DNA of 14,244 bases from a virus (Duplodnaviria; Heunggongvirae; Uroviricota; Caudoviricetes): IMG/VR virus record IMGVR_UViG_2859777919_000005; one strand, 5' to 3'. The notes beneath the pieces are model-generated. The model had not been told where the DNA came from and did no database searches. It saw only the letters and a list, made by a program, of their open reading frames with translations. Below are positions 1 to 7,531 of this stretch, piece after piece (within the stretch, counting starts at the first letter, position 1; the number at the start of each line of letters is the position of its first letter). The position numbers and the translations under genes were made by a program.

Positions 1-491
1 CTACGATAACCGCGCATTCAACATGGCTATCTGTTCGTCGTTCATGTCATCAATCCACATACCGTAAATTTCATACACCATTTGCGCAGTTTCATGCCCC
101 ATCTGGCTGGCTATAAATGCCGGGTTCGCTCCTGCCGTCAACAGCCAGCAGGCAAAAGTATGTCGCGTATGGTACGGATTACGGCGGCGAATACCAGCAC
201 GTTTTACTGCTGCATTCCATCTTGCACCCAAACTGCTTACCGAGTAATAAGGTTTCTGTTTTTCGTTACACACCCTGGGCATGAAAACAAAATGCAGTTT
301 TTGCTTTTCAGTTCTGCCGTACTCCCGATGATAAAAAGTGATTTCGCTTTTGCGATGATGCCCGGTCAGTTTGTATTGCTCCTTCAGTGCTTCAAGAGCC
401 GGCTGCAGTAATGTTACCGTCCGGATCCCGGCATTTGTTTTTGGGGGACCGAACATATCAAGTATCGTCAGGTTTCTTCTGACATTCACAA
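1..491 (-). pseudogene. Phage tyrosine integrase, C-terminal catalytic fragment (N-terminus removed by IS600)
   Basis: Minus-strand frame is open from the IS600 junction at 491 to a TAG stop at 3..1. The translation contains YHTRHTFACWLLTAGANPAFIASQMGHETAQMVYEIYGMW, the R-H-x-x-R...Y catalytic region of tyrosine recombinases. Only about 163 codons remain of an expected 350-400. The MPVHL N-terminus in the ORF track is IS600-derived (TTG pseudo-start). Confidence 0.8.
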
Positions 492-534
492 TGAGGTGTA
501 CTGGCAATAGCGGACACTACCATTTGTTCTTTTT

Positions 535-1353
535 TTAAGCAGCCATCTGATGATATTTTTCCCTGAAGGCTGCCGGGGAGATATTCCCCAGACGAGAGTG
601 ACGACGCTGACGATTGTAGAAAATCTCAATGTATTCCCGTATTACTGAGATGGCTTCATCCCGGTTATTAAAACGATAGTGGCTCAGGCTCTCATTTTTC
701 AGCGTTCCCCAGAAGCTTTCCATCGGAGCGTTGTCGTAACAGTTACCTTTACGCGACATTGATGTTTTCAGACCAGACTGCTCCTGTATGACCCGGTAAT
801 CGTATGCGCAGTACTGTGAACCTCGATCAGAGTGGTGGATTAGCCCGGCAGGTGGGCGCTGGCTCCTGAGCGCCATAAACAGGGCTTTACCTGTCAGCTC
901 TTTTGTCATGCGCTCTCCCATGGCGTAGCCGACAATTTCGCACGTATAAACATCTTTGATGCCAGCGAGGTACAACCATCCCTCCTGTGTGGCAACATAC
1001 GTCAGGTCCGCCACCCAGACCTGATTTGGTGCTGTAGGAGCGAACGTCTGGTTCAGCAGATTTGGCGCAACTGGCAGATTGTGGTTCGAGTTCGTAGTCG
1101 CTCTGAACTTGCGTTTCTGCTTACAGCGTAGCCTTAGCTCCTTACGAAGACGTGCCAGTCGGTCACGACCAACGATGATGCCATTCTCTGCCAGCTCCGT
1201 CTGGAGCCGCCGGGTTCCATATGTTTCGCGAGTGCGGATATGTGCCACCTTAATCTCCAGTTTTAGCCGCTCATCACTTTGTTTTCTGTCTGAGGGTTCA
1301 TGCTGTACCCAGTTGTAATAACCGCTCCTGGATACACCAAATACCTGACACAT
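535..1353 (-). CDS. IS600 OrfB (272 aa; DDE integrase-like catalytic domain)
   Basis: ORF with its own ATG; its frame stays open upstream through the A7 run, consistent with OrfAB fusion by -1 frameshifting (established for the IS3 family). This is the only IS600 copy in the window in which that fused frame is unbroken. Confidence 0.8.
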   Translation of the reverse strand: MCQVFGVSRSGYYNWVQHEPSDRKQSDERLKLEIKVAHIRTRETYGTRRLQTELAENGIIVGRDRLARLRKELRLRCKQKRKFRATTNSNHNLPVAPNLLNQTFAPTAPNQVWVADLTYVATQEGWLYLAGIKDVYTCEIVGYAMGERMTKELTGKALFMALRSQRPPAGLIHHSDRGSQYCAYDYRVIQEQSGLKTSMSRKGNCYDNAPMESFWGTLKNESLSHYRFNNRDEAISVIREYIEIFYNRQRRHSRLGNISPAAFREKYHQMAA

Positions 1354-1388
1354 CGCTTCAATGGGAAATTGTTGTCGCCATTGTTCGA

Positions 1389-1691
1389 TTAACGCGTATT
1401 TTTCAGCGACTCCTGTGCAAAATACGCTGTTGCTTTTTTTAATATATCTCGCTCAAGGCGAGCTTCATTTAACGCCTTACGCAGTTGCAGAATTTCAGAT
1501 TCCAGTTCAGCCACCGTGCGGGAACCAGGAGTACCGAGCCCTTTTCTGGCGGCGGTAACCCATTGTCCTAAAGTGCCTTCAGGAAGAGATAATCGGGAAG
1601 CGCCTTCACTGATCGAAAGTTGATTTTCAGGAACCGTTCTGACAGCTTCGGCTTTGAACTCTTTAGAGTAACGTTGGGTTTTTCTGCTCAT
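1389..1691 (-). CDS. IS600 OrfA (100 aa; HTH DNA-binding part of the OrfAB transposase)
   Basis: ORF MSRKTQRYSKEFKAEAVRTV... with the same protein repeated in the other three IS600 copies. An A7 run (complement of 1434-1440) near its 3' end is a candidate -1 programmed frameshift site, and the orfB frame is open across it. Confidence 0.8.
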   Translation of the reverse strand: MSRKTQRYSKEFKAEAVRTVPENQLSISEGASRLSLPEGTLGQWVTAARKGLGTPGSRTVAELESEILQLRKALNEARLERDILKKATAYFAQESLKNTR

Positions 1692-1884
1692 TATTAGCTC
1701 CTTCTGATGCCATTCTATTTCAGGAAGGAGTGTCCGTTAAACTCAGGCTACCTCACTATGCAGCGCGTGCTGGCGTTTTATCAGGGGAAATTTCAGGAGG
1801 CGGTACTGTGAGTAAAATTAGCTATCAGGCTTCAATTACCGCTGGTATTCGCATCAAAGGAGAGGAGCATGGAAATAAAACCAG

Positions 1885-1894
1885 AAGATGAGTT
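1885..1894. repeat. IS1 target-site duplication, left copy (AAGATGAGTT)
   Basis: Identical 10-mer immediately flanks both ends of IS1 copy 1 (also at 2663-2672). IS1 usually makes 9-bp duplications, so this is a 9-10 bp duplication. Confidence 0.85.
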
Positions 1895-1909
1895 GGTAAT
1901 GACTCCAAC

Positions 1910-2413
1910 TTATTGATAGTGTTTTATGTTCAGATAATGCCCGATGACTTTGTCATGCAGCTCCACCGATTTTGAGAACGACAGCGACTTCCGTCCCAGC
2001 CGTGCCAGGTGCTGCCTCAGATTCAGGTTATGCCGCTCAATTCGCTGCGTATATCGCTTGCTGATTACGTGCAGCTTTCCCTTCAGGCGGGATTCATACA
2101 GCGGCCAGCCATCCGTCATCCATATCACCACGTCAAAGGGTGACAGCAGGCTCATAAGACGCCCCAGCGTCGCCATAGTGCGTTCACCGAATACGTGCGC
2201 AACAACCGTCTTCCGGAGACTGTCATACGCGTAAAACAGCCAGCGCTGGCGCGATTTAGCCCCGACATAGCCCCACTGTTCGTCCATTTCCGCGCAGACG
2301 ATGACGTCACTGCCCGGCTGTATGCGCGAGGTTACCGACTGCGGCCTGAGTTTTTTAAGTGACGTAAAATCGTGTTGAGGCCAACGCCCATAATGCGTGC
2401 AGTTGCCCGGCAT
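1910..2413 (-). CDS. insB: IS1 InsB (167 aa; expressed as InsAB' by -1 frameshift)
   Basis: ORF ...[53 protein letters not shown]..., overlapping the insA 3' end in the -1 frame. Confidence 0.9.
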
Positions 2414-2607
2414 CCAACGCCATTCATGGCCATATCAATGATTTTCTGGTGCGTACCGGGTTGAGAAGCGGTGTAAGTGAACTGCAGTTGCCATGTTTTA
2501 CGGCAGTGAGAGCAGAGATAGCGCTGATGTCCGGCAGTGCTTTTGCCGTTACGCACCACCCCGTCAGTAGCTGAACAGGAGGGACAGCTGATAGAAACAG
2601 AAGCCAC
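2332..2607 (-). CDS. insA: IS1 InsA (91 aa)
   Basis: [42 protein letters not shown]..., the zinc-finger/HTH IS1 InsA. The A6C frameshift motif (TTAAAAAAC on the minus strand, about 2350-2358) sits at its 3' end. Confidence 0.9.
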
Positions 2608-2662
2608 TGGAGCACCTCAAAAACACCATCATACACTAAATCAGTAAGTTGGCAGCATCACC

Positions 2663-2672
2663 AAGATGAGTT
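2663..2672. repeat. IS1 target-site duplication, right copy (AAGATGAGTT)
   Basis: Exact direct repeat of 1885-1894. Confidence 0.85.
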
Positions 2673-3095
2673 AAGCAATATCGTTTTATTTCCGGTAAAA
2701 GAGGATGACCCACGTAATCAGGTTAATTTTCTTTATGAACCATCGGAAAGACCATATTGCCATCACGCCTCTGTCCGGGTTGACGAAAAAGAGCGTCAGG
2801 TCCGCTGTAAAATCTGCGGTGCGGTTGTGGAGCCGTTTGACTGGATGCTCTCTGTGGCAAAAAGAGAAACCAGACTGGCAGATGATGTAAGGCTATTGCG
2901 CCAGGAGGAACAGGAAAGGCGGAGAAATATAGAAAAGCTGATACAGATTGAGCGTAACGCGAAAGCGCGGATACGCAGGGCGACAAAATCCAGAACTGAA
3001 TAATTAAATTTAGCACTGTTAAAAATTTAATCCTTAACCGGAGGGATTTCTGCACCCTCAAATCATCAGGAGACCGCCCGAAAGGGCGGTAATGA

Positions 3096-3314
3096 ATGGT
3101 TACATTATTTAGAAAAAAATATCCGCGAAAGAGTAGAACAACAGAATTCCTGTTTCTCATTCTGTTTATCGTGTTGATGACACCGATATCCCCGCTAATT
3201 TTTGTCTGGATAATCGGAAAAATAATTGAGCCAGTTATTGAATTGTATAACGACGTGGTATGGGCGTCATTCAACACACTGCACAATAAAATTAATCCGT
3301 ATAAGGAAAGCTGA
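3096..3314 (+). CDS. Small membrane protein (72 aa), hypothetical
   Basis: AT-rich ORF MVTLFRKKYPRKSRTTEFLFLILFIVLMTPISPLIFVWIIGKIIEPVIEL... with one clear hydrophobic helix. Its stop (3312-3314) is 1 nt before the HNH start codon, so the two are translationally coupled. The SD is weak, so the start is uncertain. Confidence 0.4.
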   Translation: MVTLFRKKYPRKSRTTEFLFLILFIVLMTPISPLIFVWIIGKIIEPVIELYNDVVWASFNTLHNKINPYKES

Positions 3315-3315
3315 T

Positions 3316-3681
3316 ATGGCACTGACGAAAAAACAACGTGCAGAACTGCGCATGAAGTTCGGTGGTCGCTGCGCTTATTGCGGCTGCGAACTTGGCGAAA
3401 AGTGGCATGCAGACCATGTAAAACCGGTCATTCGTTTTGATGGAAATATGCTTCACCAGGAACGTGACGATATATCCAACATGGTACCAGCATGCCACCC
3501 ATGCAATCTGCACAAGCATTGCAGTAGCCTGGAAGATTATCGACGAATTATCAGTGATGGTCGTCGTGAATTCCTTGCGTCCGGGAAAGGCAAAGCGCTG
3601 GTTCGTATGGGATTGGTTGAAATGAAATCTGACCCGGTTGTGTTCTGGTTTGAAAAATATCAAGAAGGGGCTACGGCATGA
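3316..3681 (+). CDS. HNH endonuclease (121 aa)
   Basis: SD AAGGAAAG then ATG. Translation has CAYCGCEL...HADHVKPV...NMVPACHPCNLHK, a zinc-binding CxxC pair around the H-N-H catalytic motif. Confidence 0.8.
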   Translation: MALTKKQRAELRMKFGGRCAYCGCELGEKWHADHVKPVIRFDGNMLHQERDDISNMVPACHPCNLHKHCSSLEDYRRIISDGRREFLASGKGKALVRMGLVEMKSDPVVFWFEKYQEGATA

Positions 3682-4343
3682 CCACTATTACCAAAGAGCG
3701 ACTGCAATGGCTGGCTAACATTTCTGGCCGCGATGATATTGACGATATAGACGGCGGTGAAATTCGTGAACTGGCGCTTATCGCTCTGGCATCACTGGAA
3801 GCAGAGCCTGTAGCGGAATGCATTGTTGAAGATGGGGGCATGTGTATTGACGGGTTCGGTGAGTATGTGGGTCACTCGCTGCCTGATGGAATGCATGAGC
3901 TTTATGCTGCCCCGCGAATGCGACAACCTGATGGATGGAAAGCCGTAGCTGTAGCGTGGAAGGTGACGTTTACTCAAGTTGACCAGGAATCTAATACGTT
4001 CACTGCTATATATTTTGACAAAGCGGAAGTTGAGTGTTGGGTACGACTGCATAAAGCATGTGATTTTCGGGCAGATATAACACCGCTTTACGCAGCGCCG
4101 GCAGTGCCGGTTGCAGTAAACGACGACATGGCTTACGCATTCCATCACGCACTGTCAGATTCATCGCTTGGCTCTGATGAAATCGAAGAAATTAAAACCG
4201 GTTTGCGTGCTGCCTTTGCCAACGTCACTATCCAACCAGAGCCGATAGTGCCGGATGAAATCGGGCCAAACGATAGTAATACGTTTGATTATGTTGATGG
4301 CTGGAACGCCTGCCGCGCTGCCATGCTTAAGGGAGATAAATAA
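3678..4343 (+). CDS. Hypothetical prophage early-region protein (221 aa) with duplicated LYAAP motif
   Basis: Start overlaps the HNH stop (ATGA), with SD AAGGGG upstream. Acidic protein containing two LYAAP-containing segments (MHELYAAPRMRQPDGWKAVAV and ITPLYAAPAVPVAV). No family recognised. Confidence 0.7.
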   Translation: MTTITKERLQWLANISGRDDIDDIDGGEIRELALIALASLEAEPVAECIVEDGGMCIDGFGEYVGHSLPDGMHELYAAPRMRQPDGWKAVAVAWKVTFTQVDQESNTFTAIYFDKAEVECWVRLHKACDFRADITPLYAAPAVPVAVNDDMAYAFHHALSDSSLGSDEIEEIKTGLRAAFANVTIQPEPIVPDEIGPNDSNTFDYVDGWNACRAAMLKGDK

Positions 4344-4708
4344 TGATTAATCGAACCAAACTGGAGCACATTCTCGAATATGCCAGGCAGCAGAAATGTA
4401 TTGGGCAACTTTGTAAAATTCCACCAGGAGATATGGTTGAAATCGTGGAAATGGCCATGCGTAAGGCTGGCAACTCTCCGGTAGCTCCGGCTGGCTGGAT
4501 AAGCTGTAGTGATGCAGTTCCTGCTGAATATTGCGATGTGATTCTTCTCGATGATCTCGGGAATGTATTCCCCGGTTCCTGGGATAAGGTTTTTTGCCCC
4601 ACTCGTGGCGGGAATAAGATGGCTTTTGTGGACAAAGACGGCGTTGAAGTAGAGAGCTCAACTCACTGGATGCCGCTACCGGAACCACCGCAGGAGGTGA
4701 ATCAATGA
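4343..4708 (+). CDS. DUF551-family prophage protein (121 aa)
   Basis: Start overlaps the upstream stop (TAATG), with SD AAGGGAGA. The C-terminal ...THWMPLPEPPQE matches the W-x-PLP-x-PP tail I recall for DUF551 proteins of enterobacterial prophages. Confidence 0.7.
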   Translation: MINRTKLEHILEYARQQKCIGQLCKIPPGDMVEIVEMAMRKAGNSPVAPAGWISCSDAVPAEYCDVILLDDLGNVFPGSWDKVFCPTRGGNKMAFVDKDGVEVESSTHWMPLPEPPQEVNQ

Positions 4709-4788
4709 CCTGGCCTGAGGCATTCACCACGGTAGGAATTGCGATGGCGGTGGCGCTGGTGGTGTATTCGATTTGCCGTTGGGGTTAA
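4705..4788 (+). CDS. 27-aa hydrophobic peptide (MTWPEAFTTVGIAMAVALVVYSICRWG), hypothetical
   Basis: Strong SD AGGAGGTGA 7 nt upstream; ATG overlaps the DUF551 stop (ATGA); a single predicted transmembrane helix; followed directly by an intrinsic terminator. Below the ORF-track length cutoff. Confidence 0.5.
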   Translation: MTWPEAFTTVGIAMAVALVVYSICRWG

Positions 4789-4798
4789 CAAACAAAAA

Positions 4799-4824
4799 CC
4801 CCGGATTGATGGTCCGGGGTTTTT
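4799..4824 (+). terminator. Rho-independent terminator ending the plus-strand operon
   Basis: CCCCGGA (4799-4805) / TCCGGGG (4813-4819) perfect 7-bp GC stem with a 7-nt loop, followed by TTTTT; preceded by an A run, so it could act in both directions. Confidence 0.75.
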
Positions 4825-5162
4825 GAAGGAAACAAAACAGAAACAGCAATTGCCGTTACCTGTTGTTACCATGGCAAGTAAACGTATCTCAGGCGAGCGC
4901 ATTGCGCCGTTCTGACGCAGATAAACTAGCCTGGATAGATGGTGCTGGCAATAAAAAATAGCGTTTTCTTATCGGTGTCGGTAAGATTGCTGCGGGTGCT
5001 TGAGGCTGTCTGCCTCGGGTATGTCACTGTAAGGCAGACAGAGAAAAGCCCCAGTTAACATTACGCGTCCTGCAAGACGCTTAACATTAATCTGAGGCCC
5101 AATCTATGTCTCACAAATGTAGGTTAGCCTCTTACGTGCCGAAAGGCAAGGAGAAGCAGGCT

Positions 5163-5318
5163 ATGAAGCAGCAAAAGGCGATGTTAATCGCCCTGATCGT
5201 CATCTGTTTAACCGTCATTGTGACGGCACTGGTAACGAGGAAAGACCTCTGCGAGGTACGAATCCGAATCGGCCAGACGGAGGTCGCTGTTTTCGTAGAC
5301 TACGAATCTAGAGAGTAA
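5163..5318 (+). CDS. hok: Hok/Gef-family type I toxin (51 aa)
   Basis: MKQQKAMLIALIVICLTVIVTALVTRKDLCEVRIRIGQTEVAVFVDYESRE has an N-terminal transmembrane helix and the conserved TRKDLCEV...GQTEVAVF core. It is closest to HokD/RelF and HokC/Gef as I remember them. The ORF-track extension to 5106 is in frame but probably not the start; SD AAGGAGAAG precedes the ATG at 5163. Confidence 0.85.
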   Translation: MKQQKAMLIALIVICLTVIVTALVTRKDLCEVRIRIGQTEVAVFVDYESRE

Positions 5319-5380
5319 GAGTGACCAGGCGGGAGAGTAATCTCCCGCCACCTTTGATGTGTCAGGCATCCTCAACGCAC

Positions 5381-5410
5381 CCGCACTTAACCCGTTTCGG
5401 CGGTTTTTTT
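5381..5410 (+). terminator. Probable 3' end/terminator of the hok mRNA (abutted by IS1)
   Basis: GC-rich segment CCGCACTTAACCCGTTTCGGCGG followed by T7 at 5404-5410. The stem is imperfect. Preceded by a perfect 9-bp hairpin GGCGGGAGA-GTAA-TCTCCCGCC (5328-5349) right after the hok stop. Confidence 0.4.
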
Positions 5411-5425
5411 GGTAATGACTCCAAC

Positions 5426-5928
5426 TTATTGATAGTGTTTTATGTTCAGATAATGCCCGATGACTTTGTCATGCAGCTCCACCGATTTTGAGAACGACAG
5501 CGACTTCCGTCCCAGCCGTGCCAGGTGCTGCCTCAGATTCAGGTTATGCCGCTCAATTCGCTGCGTATATCGCTTGCTGATTACGTGCAGCTTTCCCTTC
5601 AGGCGGGATTCATACAGCGGCCAGCCATCCGTCATCCATATCACCACGTCAAAGGGTGACAGCAGGCTCATAAGACGCCCCAGCGTCGCCATAGTGCGTT
5701 CACCGAATACGTGCGCAACAACCGTCTTCCGGAGACTGTCATACGCGTAAAACAGCCAGCGCTGGCGCGATTTAGCCCGACATAGCCCCACTGTTCGTCC
5801 ATTTCCGCGCAGACGATGACGTCACTGCCCGGCTGTATGCGCGAGGTTACCGACTGCGGCCTGAGTTTTTTAAGTGACGTAAAATCGTGTTGAGGCCAAC
5901 GCCCATAATGCGTGCAGTTGCCCGGCAT
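5426..5928 (-). pseudogene. insB: IS1 insB, frameshifted (copy 2)
   Basis: The InsB reading frame is split into two overlapping ORFs (5426-5791 and 5668-5928) by the 1-bp deletion. Confidence 0.8.
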
Positions 5929-6122
5929 CCAACGCCATTCATGGCCATATCAATGATTTTCTGGTGCGTACCGGGTTGGGAAGCGGTGTAAGTGAACTGC
6001 AGTTGCCATGTTTTACGGCAGTGAGAGCAGAGATAGCGCTGATGTCCGGCAGTGCTTTTGCCGTTACGCACCACCCCGTCAGTAGCTGAACAGGAGGGAC
6101 AGCTGATAGAAACAGAAGCCAC
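5847..6122 (-). CDS. insA: IS1 InsA (91 aa), copy 2
   Basis: Identical protein to copy 1 insA. Confidence 0.85.
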
Positions 6123-6283
6123 TGGAGCACCTCAAAAACACGATCATACACTAAATCAGTAAGTTGGCAGCATCACCTTTTGTCTCTATGTTGATATAAC
6201 CGTTTGTACTTATAAACCTTGAGGTAGCCTGAGTTTAACGGACACTCCTTCCTGAAATAGAATGGCATCAGAAGGAGCTAATA

Positions 6284-6586
6284 ATGAGCAGAAAAACCCA
6301 ACGTTACTCTAAAGAGTTCAAAGCCGAAGCTGTCAGAACGGTTCTTGAAAATCAACTTTCGATCAGTGAAGGCGCTTCCCGATTATCTCTTCCTGAAGGC
6401 ACTTTAGGACAATGGGTTACCGCCGCCAGAAAAGGGCTCGGTACTCCTGGTTCCCGCACGGTGGCTGAACTGGAATCTGAAATTCTGCAACTGCGTAAGG
6501 CGTTAAATGAAGCTCGCCTTGAGCGAGATATATTAAAAAAAGCAACAGCGTATTTTGCACAGGAGTCGCTGAAAAATACGCGTTAA
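6284..6586 (+). CDS. IS600 OrfA (100 aa), copy 2
   Basis: Full-length OrfA; differs from copy 1 at one residue (L versus P in RTVLENQ). Confidence 0.75.
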   Translation: MSRKTQRYSKEFKAEAVRTVLENQLSISEGASRLSLPEGTLGQWVTAARKGLGTPGSRTVAELESEILQLRKALNEARLERDILKKATAYFAQESLKNTR

Positions 6587-6623
6587 TCGAACAATGGCGA
6601 CAACAATTTCCCATTGAAGCGAT

Positions 6624-7438
6624 GTGTCAGGTATTTGGTGTATCCAGGGCGGTTATTACAACTGGGTACAGCATGAACCCTCAGACAGAAAACAAAGTGA
6701 TGAGCGGCTAAAACTGGAGATTAAGGTGGCACATATCCGCACTCGCGAAACATATGGAACCCGGCGGCTCCAGACGGAGCTGGCAGAGAATGGCATCATC
6801 GTTGGTCGTGACCGACTGGCACGTCTTCGTAAGGAGCTAAGGCTACGCTGTAAGCAGAAACGCAAGTTCAGAGCGACTACGAACTCGAACCACAATCTGC
6901 CAGTTGCGCCAAATCTGCTGAACCAGACGTTCGCTCCTACAGCACCAAATCAGGTCTGGGTGGCGGACCTGACGTATGTTGCCACACAGGAGGGATGGTT
7001 GTACCTCGCTGGCATCAAAGATGTTTATACGTGCGAAATTGTCGGCTACGCCATGGAGAGCGCATGACAAAAGAGCTGACAGGTAAAGCCCTGTTTATGG
7101 CGCTCAGGAGCCAGCGCCCACCTGCCGGGCTAATCCACCACTCTGATCGAGGTTCACAGTACTGCGCATACGATTACCGGGTCATACAGGAGCAGTCTGG
7201 TCTGAAAACATCAATGTCGCGTAAAGGTAACTGTTACGACAACGCTCCGATGGAAAGCTTCTGGGGAACGCTGAAAAATGAGAGCCTGAGCCACTATCGT
7301 TTTAATAACCGGGATGAAGCCATCTCAGTAATACGGGAATACATTGAGATTTTCTACAATCGTCAGCGTCGTCACTCTCGTCTGGGGAATATCTCCCCGG
7401 CAGCCTTCAGGGAAAAATATCATCAGATGGCTGCTTAA
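6624..7438 (+). pseudogene. IS600 orfB, frameshifted (copy 2)
   Basis: OrfB sequence is split across two overlapping ORFs (6624-7067 and 6995-7438). Confidence 0.8.
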
Positions 7439-7531
7439 AAAAAGAACAAATGGTAGTGTCCGCTATTGCCAGTACACCTCACACTCTATCCAACAAACCA
7501 CCCACAGTTAATCGGAATAAAAGCAGAGTGC

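Larger units (their letters stand above)
492..1755 (-). mobile_element. IS600 (IS3 family), copy 1, apparently intact
   Basis: 1264 bp bounded by imperfect terminal inverted repeats: TGAGGTAGCCTGAGTTTAACGGACACTCC (complement of the end at 1755) and TGAGGTGTACTGGCAATAGCGGACACTACC (complement of the end at 492). Encodes a 100-aa OrfA and 272-aa OrfB that match IS600 as I recall it (not database-verified). No flanking direct repeat. Confidence 0.8.
1895..2662 (-). mobile_element. IS1, copy 1, intact (768 bp)
   Basis: Terminal sequences GGTAATGACTCCAACTTATTGATAGTG (at 1895) and ...GTAAGTTGGCAGCATCACC (ending 2662); insA and insB ORFs on the minus strand; flanked by a direct repeat. Confidence 0.95.
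1869..3003 (+). pseudogene. Zinc-ribbon-like phage protein ORF (about 118 codons) interrupted after codon 8 by IS1
   Basis: Strong SD (AAAGGAGAGGAG) then ATG at 1869. The frame runs into the IS1 target duplication at 1885-1894 and resumes in the same frame after the second duplication copy (2673) to TAA at 3001-3003. Removing IS1 plus one duplication copy gives MEIKPEDELSNIVLFPVKEDDPRNQVNFLYEPSERPYCHHASVRVDEKERQVRCKICGAVVEPFDWMLSVAKRETRLADDVRLLRQEEQERRRNIEKLIQIERNAKARIRRATKSRTE, with a C-HH...CxxC motif and a basic C-terminal tail. Confidence 0.55.
5411..6177 (-). mobile_element. IS1, copy 2 (767 bp; 1-bp deletion inactivates insB)
   Basis: Same termini as copy 1. Differs from copy 1 by a 1-bp deletion (GATTTAGCCCGACATAG versus GATTTAGCCCCGACATAG in copy 1) and at least two substitutions. 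No flanking direct repeat (GGTTTTTTT versus TTTTGTCTC). Confidence 0.9.
6220..7481 (+). mobile_element. IS600, copy 2 (1262 bp; two 1-bp deletions in orfB)
   Basis: Same inverted-repeat ends as copy 1. orfA is intact; orfB is broken by single-base deletions near its start (CCAGGGCGG versus CCAGGAGCGG) and near 7060 (CCATGGAGAG versus CCATGGGAGAG). No flanking direct repeat. Confidence 0.8.

Noticed and set aside
82-411. 109-aa plus-strand ORF overlapping the integrase fragment
   Set aside because: Lies antisense to a recognisable integrase catalytic domain, has no ribosome-binding site and no recognisable motif; a shadow ORF.
1079-2234. Plus-strand ORFs inside IS600 and IS1 (1079-1318, 1361-1558, 1944-2234 and their repeats in the other copies)
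   Set aside because: Antisense to the known transposase genes and repeated only because the IS elements are repeated; not independent genes.
2723-3322. 199-aa minus-strand ORF spanning the zinc-ribbon ORF and the small membrane ORF
   Set aside because: Low-complexity translation that runs across intergenic hairpins and is antisense to two better-supported plus-strand genes with ribosome-binding sites; most likely spurious.
3292-4730. Minus-strand ORFs (3292-3663, 3792-4148, 4327-4635, 4347-4730) opposite the HNH/hypothetical/DUF551 genes
   Set aside because: Each is antisense to a plus-strand gene that has a ribosome-binding site, translational coupling and recognisable motifs; no independent support.
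5106-5162. In-frame 19-codon N-terminal extension of hok (MSHKCRLASYVPKGKEKQA)
   Set aside because: Hok-family toxins are about 50 aa and begin at the MKQ... methionine, which here has its own SD. The extension may still be a Mok-like leader ORF, so it is noted in a finding rather than called a CDS.
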